From Candidatus Xenobia bacterium (GTDB taxonomy: Bacteria > Vulcanimicrobiota > Xenobia > Xenobiales > QWHO01), in contig BTUM01000069.1 of the NCBI GenBank assembly GCA_045863235.1, positions 1 to 42,147 of the forward strand: DNA of 42,147 nucleotides, given 5' to 3'. A model generated the notes under the pieces. That model did not search any database. It worked only from the letters and a program-made list of their open reading frames with translations, and had not been told where the DNA came from. Position 1 is the stretch's first letter; each line of letters starts with the position of its first letter. This document shows, in pieces, positions 26,766-35,652 of the stretch. Made by a program: the position numbers and the translations under genes.

Positions 26766-26795
26766 ACAGTAACACAGGCCCGGGAAAGCTGTCAA
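26766..26795 (-). promoter_or_regulatory. Sigma70-type promoter for the cys leader (leaderless transcript)
   Basis: TTGACA (26795-26790), 18-nt spacer ending TGT, TACTGT (26771-26766), 7 nt, ATG. Confidence 0.7.
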
Positions 26796-27226
26796 GCTGA
26801 GCCAAGCTGAAGACGGGTCCAGGCCACGATCTGGGGAGCCTGCATGAAGCCCGAGTGGCGGGCTACTTCCCGACCGGAGCGAAACAGGATGAGGGTCGGG
26901 ATGCCCCGGATGCCGAGCGAGCGGCTGATGGCCGGGAAGGCCTCCGTATCCAGCTTGGCGAGGCGAACCTCGGGCTCGAGCTGACCCGCCGCCTGCTCGA
27001 ACTGGGGAGCCATCATCTGGCAAGGCCCGCACCATTCGGCCCAGAAGTCGACCAGGACGGGAATTTCGTTGCGCTGCAGGTGCCGTTCGAAAGCGCCCTG
27101 GCCGTTCAGAACCACGGGGTGAGCAGCAAACAGCGTGTTCTGGCACTTGCCACAAATCGGGCGGTCGACCAACCGCTCGCTCTGGACCCGGTTCACCGCT
27201 TCGCAGTGGGGACAGACAATGTTCAC
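26792..27226 (-). CDS. trxC: Thioredoxin 2 with N-terminal zinc finger
   Basis: CPHC...CGKC plus WAEWCGPC and GIPT; exact start uncertain. Confidence 0.9.
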   Translation of the reverse strand: MNIVCPHCEAVNRVQSERLVDRPICGKCQNTLFAAHPVVLNGQGAFERHLQRNEIPVLVDFWAEWCGPCQMMAPQFEQAAGQLEPEVRLAKLDTEAFPAISRSLGIRGIPTLILFRSGREVARHSGFMQAPQIVAWTRLQLGSA

Positions 27227-27345
27227 GAAAGCTGGTTCGAGCGCCCCCTCGGGTCTCCTCGCTGACCAGCAAGTGCCGCGCAAGCACTTTCTACCGCAAG
27301 CTCAGAGCCCTGCTGCTGGCCATCGCCCGGAGCCACGCCAGTGTC

Positions 27346-28881
27346 TCAGAAGGACGACACCGTGATGGTAAAGGTGGCGACCGTGTTGTTCTGGAGTTGG
27401 GACGACACGTTCCCCTCGTTGTCAGGAGCCAGGCCGTACTGGAAGGTGACGCCCGTCCCCGGGCAGCCCGCGCTGGGCTCCGTCGGACCCAGGCTGTTCT
27501 GGTGCAGGATCTTGGAATACTGGTTGACCACCGGCACCTGGGCCGAAGTCACGTAGAAGTTCGCCGGGGTGAAGTCGGGCTGGCCGGGAGTGACTGCGGT
27601 GAAGGGGATACAGGACGGGCTGGTGTTCTTGTTGAGCAGGGTGCCTCGATTGAGCCCGACGGCCAGGATGTCGTTGATACGACTGGCCGGACCGCCGGCC
27701 GCGGTCTTGAGCGTCAGTACACAGGCAAAAGCGGCCGTAGAATCGGGTTTTGCGAAGGTAACCGCGGCGCCCCCGCCCTGCGGCGTGAAGGTCCAGTCGC
27801 CCGAGGCCGGGGCGGCCGCTGCCGTGTAGGTGCCAAACCCGTAGGTATTGAGGGAGGGGATCGCCTTGCCCCACTGGTTGTTGATACTTGCAGCCAGGAC
27901 ATTGGTGGGAAAGCCGGCGCTGATGGCCTCCTTTCTCCAGGGAGCCAGCAGGCGAATCGGGGTCTGGCCGTCCATGACGATCAGCTTGTTCCAGGGGGCG
28001 CCCAGAGCCTGGACGGCCTGGAAGATCTTCGTCCTTCCCCCGGCATCGATCCCCACCTTGGGCGGGAACCAGCCTCCCACGTTCTGCTGGTTGGCGGGGG
28101 TGGTCTGGATGATGAAAGGGAGCGAGAAGGCGTCCACGCAGGTCGTGTTGGCGACCAGGGTGGGGCTGGTGTAGGTGTACTCCACGAAGTCGAACAGCTG
28201 CTTCGAGCTGTAGGAAGGCGCCAGCTCCCAGCCCGAGAAGCTCAGATCGCCCTTGGAGAAGTAGACCCGCCCCAGGGCCTGGAAGGCCGGCAGGCTCAGG
28301 CTCTTCGTGCCCTTAGCGGGAATCGTGGCCACGCTGGGCACATTGAGCCCCGAGGTGTAGGCCTTCACCGCGCCGCTTGCCTCCATGTAGGATTGCGTTC
28401 CATTCAGAACCCCAAAGACATAAACGTTCAGGGGGGTGGACGAGTTGTTGACCAGCGTCGTGGGAAGCGTGGCGCCGGCCTGAACGTGCTCGGCGAAGAC
28501 GTTGACACTCTCGCCACCATCGCTCAAGTCGACCGGAAGCCTGGCTCCGTGCCGCAAGATCTGCCCCTCGCCGTCCGGGTCCGGTGCGTAGTATTCGATG
28601 CGGAGCAGCGTGACCGAGGTGGGCACGATCAGCTCGTGGACCTCGCCTTCCGGGAGCTGCTGGGTAAACACCTCGTTGCCCGCGGCGTCCTCTCCGGTGT
28701 AATGGTATTCGGTCACGTCCTCGACGATGAAGTCCTCATCATTTTCATGCCGAACCTGCACATTGGAGGCGAGCATGGGCACGGCGTTGCCGTTGATCGT
28801 CAGGGTGTCTCCTCCGGTGCAGCCCATCAGGCAGGCTGCCAGCACCAGCAGTGAGGTCTTCGCGGCACACAAGCGTTTCAT
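27346..28881 (-). CDS. Lipoprotein with C-terminal GH64-like beta-1,3-glucanase domain
   Basis: Lipobox LAACLMGC; GRVYFS, FDFVEYTY...NTTCVDAFSLP, GLNRG, NQYSKILH. Confidence 0.7.
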   Translation of the reverse strand: MKRLCAAKTSLLVLAACLMGCTGGDTLTINGNAVPMLASNVQVRHENDEDFIVEDVTEYHYTGEDAAGNEVFTQQLPEGEVHELIVPTSVTLLRIEYYAPDPDGEGQILRHGARLPVDLSDGGESVNVFAEHVQAGATLPTTLVNNSSTPLNVYVFGVLNGTQSYMEASGAVKAYTSGLNVPSVATIPAKGTKSLSLPAFQALGRVYFSKGDLSFSGWELAPSYSSKQLFDFVEYTYTSPTLVANTTCVDAFSLPFIIQTTPANQQNVGGWFPPKVGIDAGGRTKIFQAVQALGAPWNKLIVMDGQTPIRLLAPWRKEAISAGFPTNVLAASINNQWGKAIPSLNTYGFGTYTAAAAPASGDWTFTPQGGGAAVTFAKPDSTAAFACVLTLKTAAGGPASRINDILAVGLNRGTLLNKNTSPSCIPFTAVTPGQPDFTPANFYVTSAQVPVVNQYSKILHQNSLGPTEPSAGCPGTGVTFQYGLAPDNEGNVSSQLQNNTVATFTITVSSF

Positions 28882-29037
28882 AGGACTCCTCGATTCCTCA
28901 GATCCATGGGGCCGACCTGGTTCGGTTCACCCGGCAGACTCCCTCTCGCCACGAATCGGTTCCCAGTCCCGTCAGCTCCTGGGAGTTTCGAGCCTCGACC
29001 GGCAGGCACGTCAGCCGGCCGCACGAAATGCTCGACC

Positions 29038-29727
29038 ATGCAAGTCTACTGCCCTACCTGCGGAGCGCCAGTGGGAGTCGAGCAGGTCAACGTGCAGGCC
29101 CTGGTGGCCACCTGTCAGCCGTGCAACGCCATTTTCTCCTTCGCCGACCAGGTGCCGCGTGAGCCCTCGGCGCCTCCTCGCCCGGCGATTCCCCGACCCG
29201 ACGCCATCCAGGTGAGCGGGCAGGGGAACGTGCTCACCCTCACCCGGCGCTGGTTCAACCTGGGAGCCATCCCGCTGACCATCTTCTGCTTGTTCTGGGA
29301 TGGCTTCCTCATGGTCTGGTATACGGCTGCGCTGCTGTCGCCTCATCCCAACATCATCATGCTGGTTTTTCCCGTCTTCCACGTGGCCGTGGGCGTGTTC
29401 TTGACCTACACCTGCCTGTCCATGTACGTCAACAGCACCGTGCTCACCATGACCCGACACGACGTGAGCATCAAGCACGGCCCGCTGAAGTGGCCCGGCA
29501 ACCGCACCATCCCGCTCAACGACGTGGATCAGTTCTACTCCGAGGAGATTCGCGGGAGCAAGGGATCGCGCAGCTACAACCTCAGCGTGCTGCTCAAGAG
29601 CGGGGCCAAGGAGAGGCTCCTGACCGGTCTGTCCGACGCCCAGTCGGCGCTGTTCTTCGAGCAGCAGCTCGAGCAGTGGTTCGGTATCAGCGACCGTCCG
29701 GTGGAAGGCGAGCTGCAGCGCCGATAA
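29038..29727 (+). CDS. Zinc-ribbon plus two-TM membrane protein
   Basis: CPTC...CQPC; FCLFWDGFL.VWY, HVAVG, HGPL, EQQLEQWFGISDRPVEGE. Confidence 0.8.
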   Translation: MQVYCPTCGAPVGVEQVNVQALVATCQPCNAIFSFADQVPREPSAPPRPAIPRPDAIQVSGQGNVLTLTRRWFNLGAIPLTIFCLFWDGFLMVWYTAALLSPHPNIIMLVFPVFHVAVGVFLTYTCLSMYVNSTVLTMTRHDVSIKHGPLKWPGNRTIPLNDVDQFYSEEIRGSKGSRSYNLSVLLKSGAKERLLTGLSDAQSALFFEQQLEQWFGISDRPVEGELQRR

Positions 29728-29770
29728 GGGCTTTCAGCGGGCTTTGAGCGCCGCCGACTCGACTCGGGGG

Positions 29771-30203
29771 ATGAAGTCCTCTGCCCTGTTTCGCCTCGGT
29801 GAGCCGGTCAAGCGTCTGCCCGGACAGGTCTGCAGGGCCAGCGTTCCGCTGAGCGATGGGGATACGCTGGTGATGACCGACGCCTCGCTCCAGTGCCTCG
29901 AGCCGGATGGACGGGTCAAGTGGTCGAAGACGCACGGACTCCGCTGAGCTCCTGACGCTCGACCCGCGCACCCTCGAGCCGCTGGAGCCTCCTCTGGCGA
30001 CGGCCGGCTCGGCTCCGAAACTGGTGCCCGGGACCGACTGGCTGATCAGCCGCGAGCCCTCCGGCACCCTGCGATTGGACCACCTGCATCCCCCCTCCCC
30101 CACCGCCGTGCTGGCCGAGCCCGGCCGTTCGTCGGCGGGGTGGCCGTGCCCAGGCGCTGAACCGCGGCGCCTCACGGGGAGGCAACTGTCCCCAGGGGTA
30201 TAA
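29771..30203 (+). pseudogene. Probable degraded gene fragment (PQQ/beta-propeller-like), frame change near 29940
   Basis: LQCLEPDGRVKWSK in one frame; ELLTLDPRTLEP...GTLRLDHL in another; neither ORF looks complete. Confidence 0.35.
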
Positions 30204-30232
30204 AAGTCCACCAAGAAGGACAATCACGAGCT

Positions 30233-30260
30233 GATGTCCAAAGATGTCCACCGATGAGCA
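30233..30260 (+). promoter_or_regulatory. 10-bp-phased direct repeats GATGTCCA/GATGTCCA/GATGAGCA upstream of the HTH-EIIA/hyf operon
   Basis: Units at 30233, 30243, 30253; a further in-phase GTCCA at 30206. Confidence 0.55.
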
Positions 30261-30273
30261 TCTCTGAGAAACC

Positions 30274-30948
30274 ATGCGCCTGACCGTCCAGGACGCGGCC
30301 GAGCTGCTGAAGGTCTCGGAAAAGTCGATCTACCGCTGGATCAAGCAGGGCAGTCTGCCGGTCTACAAGGTCAGCGAGCAGTACCGCTTCAACCGCGCCG
30401 AGCTGCTGGCCTGGGCCACCTCCAGACGACTGAACGTGCCCCCCGAGGTGCTCTCGGAGCACCCGCCCGCCTCCCCCATCCCCACCCTGCGCCAGGCCAT
30501 CGAAGCCGGCGGCATCGTCTATCGACTGGAGGGACGCAACCCGGACCAGGCCTTGCAGCACGTGGCCGAGTCGATCCGGCTGCCCGAAGAGGTCGACCGG
30601 AGCTACCTCGGCTCGCTGCTGCAGGCACGCGAGGGACTGGCCTCGACCGCCCTCGGGCTGGGGGTGGGCGCCCCCCAGCTGGTCTTTCCGAACGTGCTGG
30701 AGATCACCCGGCCGGTGGCCGGGCTGTTCTTTCTCGAGCGACCGGTCGACTTCGGGGCCCTGGATGGCCAGCCCGTGCGATGCCTGATCGCCCTGGTCAG
30801 CCCCGCCCAGCGGGCCTCGCTGCAGCTCTTGAATCGGGTGCTCTTCACTCTGCGCTCCTCCCGCTGGCACAAGGCGCTCCTGCGCCAGGCCAGCCGAGAG
30901 CAGCTGATGCAGGCGCTCAAGGCAGCGGAGGACCAGCTGTCCACGTGA
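30274..30948 (+). CDS. Excisionase-type HTH / PTS EIIA(Ntr-like) fusion regulator
   Basis: LTVQDAAELLKVSEKSIYRWIKQG.LP....QYRFNR; REGLASTALGLGVGAPQ and FLERPVDFGALDGQPV. Confidence 0.85.
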   Translation: MRLTVQDAAELLKVSEKSIYRWIKQGSLPVYKVSEQYRFNRAELLAWATSRRLNVPPEVLSEHPPASPIPTLRQAIEAGGIVYRLEGRNPDQALQHVAESIRLPEEVDRSYLGSLLQAREGLASTALGLGVGAPQLVFPNVLEITRPVAGLFFLERPVDFGALDGQPVRCLIALVSPAQRASLQLLNRVLFTLRSSRWHKALLRQASREQLMQALKAAEDQLST

Positions 30949-32774
30949 ACGAGGTGCTGACGGGTCTGGTCATCCTGGTGGTGGGGGGCCTGGCCACGCT
31001 GTTTCTCAATCACCGCTGGGTGGCCCTGGTGACGGCCGCGGCCGGCTTTCTCACGATTCTGGAGGGCAGCGGTCAGGTGCTGGCGCTGCAGACCCCCCAG
31101 AGCCTGGAGCTGCCCTGGGCCGTGCCGGGCGGCTCCTTCTCGCTGCTGCTCGACCCCCTGGCGGCCTTCTTCCTGGTCCCCGCCGCCCTGCTCGGGATCC
31201 TGGCCTCGGTCTACGCCGTGGGCTACTTCCCCCGCCCCGGCCGGCGCTCGACCTGGTTCTTCCTTCACCTGATGATGGCCGCCCTGGGTCTGGTCTTGCT
31301 GGCCCGCAACGGGGTGCTCTTCCTGGTGGCCTGGGAAGTGATGGCCCTGGCCTCCTTCTTCCTGGTCACCAGTGAGGACGAGCAGCGCCAGGTGCGCCAG
31401 GCGGGCTGGATCTACCTGGTGGCCACCCACCTGGGTAGCTTCTTCCTGATCGCCTTCTTCGCGATCACGCCCGACTTCGGCCAATCCGGCGTGGGGCCGG
31501 TGGCTTTCGCGCTGGGCCTGATCGGATTCGGCTCCAAGGCAGGCCTGGTGCCGCTCCACATCTGGCTGCCCGAGGCCCACCCGGTGGCCCCCTCGCCCGT
31601 CTCGGCGCTGCTCAGTGGGGTGGTGATCAACACCGGCATCTATGGCCTGATGCGAGCTCTCTCCCATCCTCCCGAGCACGCCCGGGCCATCGGCTGGACC
31701 CTCCTGCTGGTGGGCGCCATCACGGCCCTGACGGGAGTGTTGTTCGCTCTGGCCCAGCGCGACCTGAAGGGACTGCTGGCTTACTCGAGCGTGGAGAACA
31801 TGGGGCTGGTCTGCCTGGGTCTCGGCCTGGGCCTGCTGGGGCAGCCGCTGGCCACGGCCGCGGCCATGCTCCACCTGCTCAGCCACGGGGTGCTCAAGAG
31901 CCTGCTCTTTCTGGCCGCCGGCAGCGTGCTGCACCAGACCCACACCCGCGACCTGGAGGAGATGGGTGGGCTTCTGCGCCGCATGCCCCGTACCGGCCTG
32001 GCCTTCCTGGTGGGGGCGGCCGGACTGGCCGGGCTGCCTCCGCTGGGGGGCTTCATCACCGAGCTGCTTCTCTTGCTCTGTGCCGTGCAGGCCATGCAAC
32101 ACAATGTGCTGGCCGGACTGGTCACGCTGCTCACGGTGGCGCTGGTGGCCGGTCTGGCCCTGGCCGCCTTCACCAAGGCCTTCGGCATCGCGTTCCTGGG
32201 AGAGCCGCGCAGCCAGCGCGCGGCTCACGCCCACGACCCGGGGCCGCTCATGCTCACTCCCATGGCGCTGCTGGCGCTGGCAGCGCTGGGCCTGGCCGCC
32301 GGCACCCCCTGGCTGCTCTCCAGCACCTACCCCGAGCAGGCGGCCGTGCTGGCCAGCCTGCTCAGCTTCACCGGCCTGGTGGTGGCCCTGGCGGCGGCGC
32401 TCTACGCCCTGAGAAGCCAGCTGCTCAAGACCCGTCCCGTGGGGGCGGCGCCCACCTGGGACTGCGGTTACCTGGCCCCCAGCGCCCGCATGGAGTATAC
32501 CGGGCTCTCCTTCACCCAGCCCCTGACCGACCTCTTCGCCTCGGTGCTGCACCACCGGGTGCGCCAGCCGCGCATGGAGCCGATCTTTCCAGCCGAGGAG
32601 AGCTTCTCGGATGAAACCCCGGACCTGTTCGAAGACGAGGTGTATCGCCCCATGCTGGAGGGGCTGGAGCGCCTCTCCGGCTTGCTGCGACGACTGCAGC
32701 ACGGGCGCGTGCAGCTCTACGTTCTCTACGTGCTGATCACCCTGGTGGGCCTGCTGGCCTGGGGGCAGCTGTGA
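30945..32774 (+). CDS. hyfB: HyfB-like antiporter-type membrane subunit
   Basis: FLVAWEVM, KAGLVPLHIWLPEAHP, LLAYSSVEN, TWDCGY...RMEYT; GTGA coupling. Confidence 0.88.
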   Translation: MNEVLTGLVILVVGGLATLFLNHRWVALVTAAAGFLTILEGSGQVLALQTPQSLELPWAVPGGSFSLLLDPLAAFFLVPAALLGILASVYAVGYFPRPGRRSTWFFLHLMMAALGLVLLARNGVLFLVAWEVMALASFFLVTSEDEQRQVRQAGWIYLVATHLGSFFLIAFFAITPDFGQSGVGPVAFALGLIGFGSKAGLVPLHIWLPEAHPVAPSPVSALLSGVVINTGIYGLMRALSHPPEHARAIGWTLLLVGAITALTGVLFALAQRDLKGLLAYSSVENMGLVCLGLGLGLLGQPLATAAAMLHLLSHGVLKSLLFLAAGSVLHQTHTRDLEEMGGLLRRMPRTGLAFLVGAAGLAGLPPLGGFITELLLLLCAVQAMQHNVLAGLVTLLTVALVAGLALAAFTKAFGIAFLGEPRSQRAAHAHDPGPLMLTPMALLALAALGLAAGTPWLLSSTYPEQAAVLASLLSFTGLVVALAAALYALRSQLLKTRPVGAAPTWDCGYLAPSARMEYTGLSFTQPLTDLFASVLHHRVRQPRMEPIFPAEESFSDETPDLFEDEVYRPMLEGLERLSGLLRRLQHGRVQLYVLYVLITLVGLLAWGQL

Positions 32775-33568
32775 GCCTGGTGCTGGCAGCGCTCGTGTCC
32801 CCCTTCTTGCTGGGCGTCATCACCCGGGTCAAGGCCTGGTTTGCCGGGCGTCGCGGCGCGCCCCTGCTGCAGCCTTATCACGACCTCTTGCGCCTCGTCC
32901 AAAAGGGGGCGGTCTACAGCCACACCACCACCTGGGTCTTCAAGCTGGCCCCCAGCGTCTGCCTGGCCTGCTCGCTGGGAGCGGCCGCTCTGCTGCCCTC
33001 CCAGGCCCTGCCCACCCTGCTGCTGGCCTGTTCCCTGCTGGCCCTGCAGCGGTTCTGGATGGTGCTGGCGGCCCTGGACACCGGCTCCAGCTTCGAAGGC
33101 ATGGGGGCCAGCCGCGAGGTGCAGTTCTCGGCCCTGGCCGAGCTGGGGCTGCTCTTCTCGCTGGCGGTGAGCGTGTCGCAGCAGCAGCCCTCCCTGCTGC
33201 TCGGGCTGGCCCTGTTCATCGTGGTGCTGGCCGAATCGGCCCGGGTGCCGGTGGACGACCCCAACACGCACCTCGAGCTGACCATGATCCACGAGGTGAT
33301 GATCCTCGATCACAGCGGGCCCGATCTGGCCTTCATGACCTGGGCGGCCGCCATCAAGCTGTGGGTCCTGGGGGCCCTGGCGGCCAGCCTGCTGGCCCCC
33401 GGCCTGAGCCTGCTCGAGCTGATGGGGGCCGAGATCGGCCTGGCCCTGGCCATCGGGGTGGTGGAGTCCAGCGTGGCCCGGCTGCGACTTCTGCGCGTGA
33501 GTGAGCTCTTGGCCACGGCCTCGGCCCTGGCCGCTCTGGCCTTGCTCTTGCAGACGAGGGGCAGCTGA
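32771..33568 (+). CDS. hyfC: HyfC/HycD (NuoH-like) membrane subunit
   Basis: GRRGAPLLQPYHDL, LDTGSSFEGMGASRE, RVPVDDPNTHLELTMIHE. Confidence 0.88.
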   Translation: MSLVLAALVSPFLLGVITRVKAWFAGRRGAPLLQPYHDLLRLVQKGAVYSHTTTWVFKLAPSVCLACSLGAAALLPSQALPTLLLACSLLALQRFWMVLAALDTGSSFEGMGASREVQFSALAELGLLFSLAVSVSQQQPSLLLGLALFIVVLAESARVPVDDPNTHLELTMIHEVMILDHSGPDLAFMTWAAAIKLWVLGALAASLLAPGLSLLELMGAEIGLALAIGVVESSVARLRLLRVSELLATASALAALALLLQTRGS

Positions 33569-34194
33569 TGGATACCGCCCTGGTGCTCATGATCCTCAGC
33601 CTGTTCTGGCTGCTCGGCTCGGGCTCGATCCCCTCCCTCATCCGGGTGGTCGGCTACCAGGGGGTCCTGCTGGGGATCATGCCCATGCTGGCCTACGGGC
33701 TGGAGAGCGAGGTTCTGCTGGTGGGCCTGTCCGGGCTGGCGGTCAAGGGGCTGGTCTTCCCATGGCTGATGCAGCGGGCCCTGCGCGAGGCCCGGGTCCG
33801 GCGCGAGGTGGAGCCCCTGGTGAGCTACAACCTGTCGCTTCTTTTCGGCGTGTTGGCGCTGGGGGCGTCGCTGGTCTTCACGGCCGAGATCCCCCTGCCC
33901 TCCGAAGCTCCCTCCAAGCTGCTGGTGCCGGTGGCCTTCACGGCCGTGGCCGTGGGGCTCTTCCTGGTGGTGGCGCGGAAAAAAGCTCTGGTGCAGGCGC
34001 TGGGCTACCTGGTCTTCGAGAACGGGATCTACGCCTTCGGGCTGGCCGTGCTGCCCCACGCTCCGCTGGTGATCGAAGCCGGCATCCTGCTCGACGCGCT
34101 GGTGGCCGTGCTGGTCATGGGCATCACCCTGTTCCACATCAATCGAACCTTCGACTCGCTCAGCACCGAGCGGCTCGTGCAGCTGAAGGACTAG
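33568..34194 (+). CDS. hyfE: HyfE membrane subunit
   Basis: QALGYLVFENGI, IEAGILLD; operon position. Confidence 0.85.
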   Translation: MDTALVLMILSLFWLLGSGSIPSLIRVVGYQGVLLGIMPMLAYGLESEVLLVGLSGLAVKGLVFPWLMQRALREARVRREVEPLVSYNLSLLFGVLALGASLVFTAEIPLPSEAPSKLLVPVAFTAVAVGLFLVVARKKALVQALGYLVFENGIYAFGLAVLPHAPLVIEAGILLDALVAVLVMGITLFHINRTFDSLSTERLVQLKD

Positions 34195-34197
34195 CCC

Positions 34198-35652
34198 GTG
34201 GACCTGTTGATCGCCCTGCCCGCCCTCACCGCCGCGCTGGCCTTCATGACCCGCCGGCCGGGCCTGCTCTTCGCCCTGCTCCTGGGCACGGCGCTGATCC
34301 ACCTGGGCCTGACCTGCTGGCTGCTCGGTCAGCCGCTGGCTCCCCCGAGCGCGGAGTGGATCCAGCTCGACGCCACCGGAGCGATGTTTCTGGGCATCAC
34401 CAGCCTGCTCTTCCTGATGGGCGCGATCTATGCCGTGGGCTACCTCAAGCGCGAGGAGGCCGGGGCGCGAACCGACCTGATCGAGGGCTTGCTCTTCAAG
34501 AACGCTCCCCTGTCGATGTTCGTGGGCTGCCTGCTGGCCTTCCTGGCCAGCATGACCCTGGTCTGCCTGAGCCACCACCTCAACCTGCTCTGGATCGCGG
34601 TGGAGGCCACGACCCTGGCCAGCGCTCCTCTGATCTACTTCCACCGCCACCACCGCTCGCTGGAGGCCACCTGGAAGTATCTGCTGGTGTGCTCGGTGGG
34701 GATCGGGCTGGCTTTGCTGGGCAACCTGTTCCTGGTGGTGGCCGGCTCGACCGTGAGCGAGCTGGCCTCCTCCCCCCTGCAACTCTCGGCCCTGGTGGCC
34801 CGGGCCCGACAGCTGGACGTCCCCTGGCTCAAGCTGGCTTTCGTGCTCCAGCTGGTGGGCTACGGCACCAAAATGGGCCTGGCCCCCCTGCACACCTGGC
34901 TGCCGGACACCCACAGCGAGTCGCCCAGCGTGGTCAGCGCCCTGCTCTCGGGCACGCTGCTCAACTGCGCCTTCCTGGCCATCCTGCGCAGCTGCCAGAT
35001 CACCGAGGCGGCCGGCATCGGAGCGTACTCGGGCGGGATGCTGGTCACTCTGGGTCTGGTCAGCCTGGGCGTGGCCGCCCTGTTCATCCTCAATACCCGC
35101 GACTTCAAGCGCATGCTGGCTTACTCCAGCGTCGAGCACATGGGCATCCTGGCCCTGGGCACCGGGCTGGGCGGCCTGGCCCGCTTCGGGGCCATGCTCC
35201 ACGCCGTCAACCACTCGCTGGTCAAGGCCACCCTGTTCCTGGTGGCCGGAAACCTGATGCACGCCTACCACACCCGCACCATCGCCCGGGTCCGTGGCCT
35301 GACCCGCTGGCTGCCGGCCTCGGGGGCACTCTGGCTGGGAGGCTTTCTGGCCCTCTCCGGCTCGCCTCCCTTCGGACCGTTCATGAGCGAGCTGATCATC
35401 TTTCGGGGAGCTCTCCAGGACGGGCGATTCGTGGTGGCCGGGCTGTTCGCGGCCACGCTGGCCCTGGTCTTCATCGGCATGTCCCGGGCCGTGCTGGGGA
35501 TGGCTCAGGGTGCGCCGCCCGAGCGACCCCCGCAGAGTGAGCCAGGCTGGTCTGTGCTGCCTCCGCTGCTGCTCTTGTCCCTGTCACTGGTGCTGGGCGT
35601 CTACCTTCCCGAGCCGCTGGCCCAACTTCTGCGCGGAGCCGCCGGGCAATGA
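34198..35652 (+). CDS. hyfF: HyfF antiporter-type membrane subunit
   Basis: WIAVEATTLASA, SLEATWKY, GYGTKMGLAPLHTWLPD, KRMLAYSSVEH. Confidence 0.88.
   Translation: MDLLIALPALTAALAFMTRRPGLLFALLLGTALIHLGLTCWLLGQPLAPPSAEWIQLDATGAMFLGITSLLFLMGAIYAVGYLKREEAGARTDLIEGLLFKNAPLSMFVGCLLAFLASMTLVCLSHHLNLLWIAVEATTLASAPLIYFHRHHRSLEATWKYLLVCSVGIGLALLGNLFLVVAGSTVSELASSPLQLSALVARARQLDVPWLKLAFVLQLVGYGTKMGLAPLHTWLPDTHSESPSVVSALLSGTLLNCAFLAILRSCQITEAAGIGAYSGGMLVTLGLVSLGVAALFILNTRDFKRMLAYSSVEHMGILALGTGLGGLARFGAMLHAVNHSLVKATLFLVAGNLMHAYHTRTIARVRGLTRWLPASGALWLGGFLALSGSPPFGPFMSELIIFRGALQDGRFVVAGLFAATLALVFIGMSRAVLGMAQGAPPERPPQSEPGWSVLPPLLLLSLSLVLGVYLPEPLAQLLRGAAGQ

Noticed and set aside
30274..30450. Prophage/ICE excisionase indicating a mobile element
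   Set aside because: HTH is fused to an EIIA domain and coupled to hyfB; no integrase, att site or phage genes
30603..35540. Long alternative ORFs (30603..32702 -, 33310..35271 -, 33501..35540 +)
   Set aside because: Antisense or off-frame shadows of hyf genes, expected in high-GC DNA; no motifs
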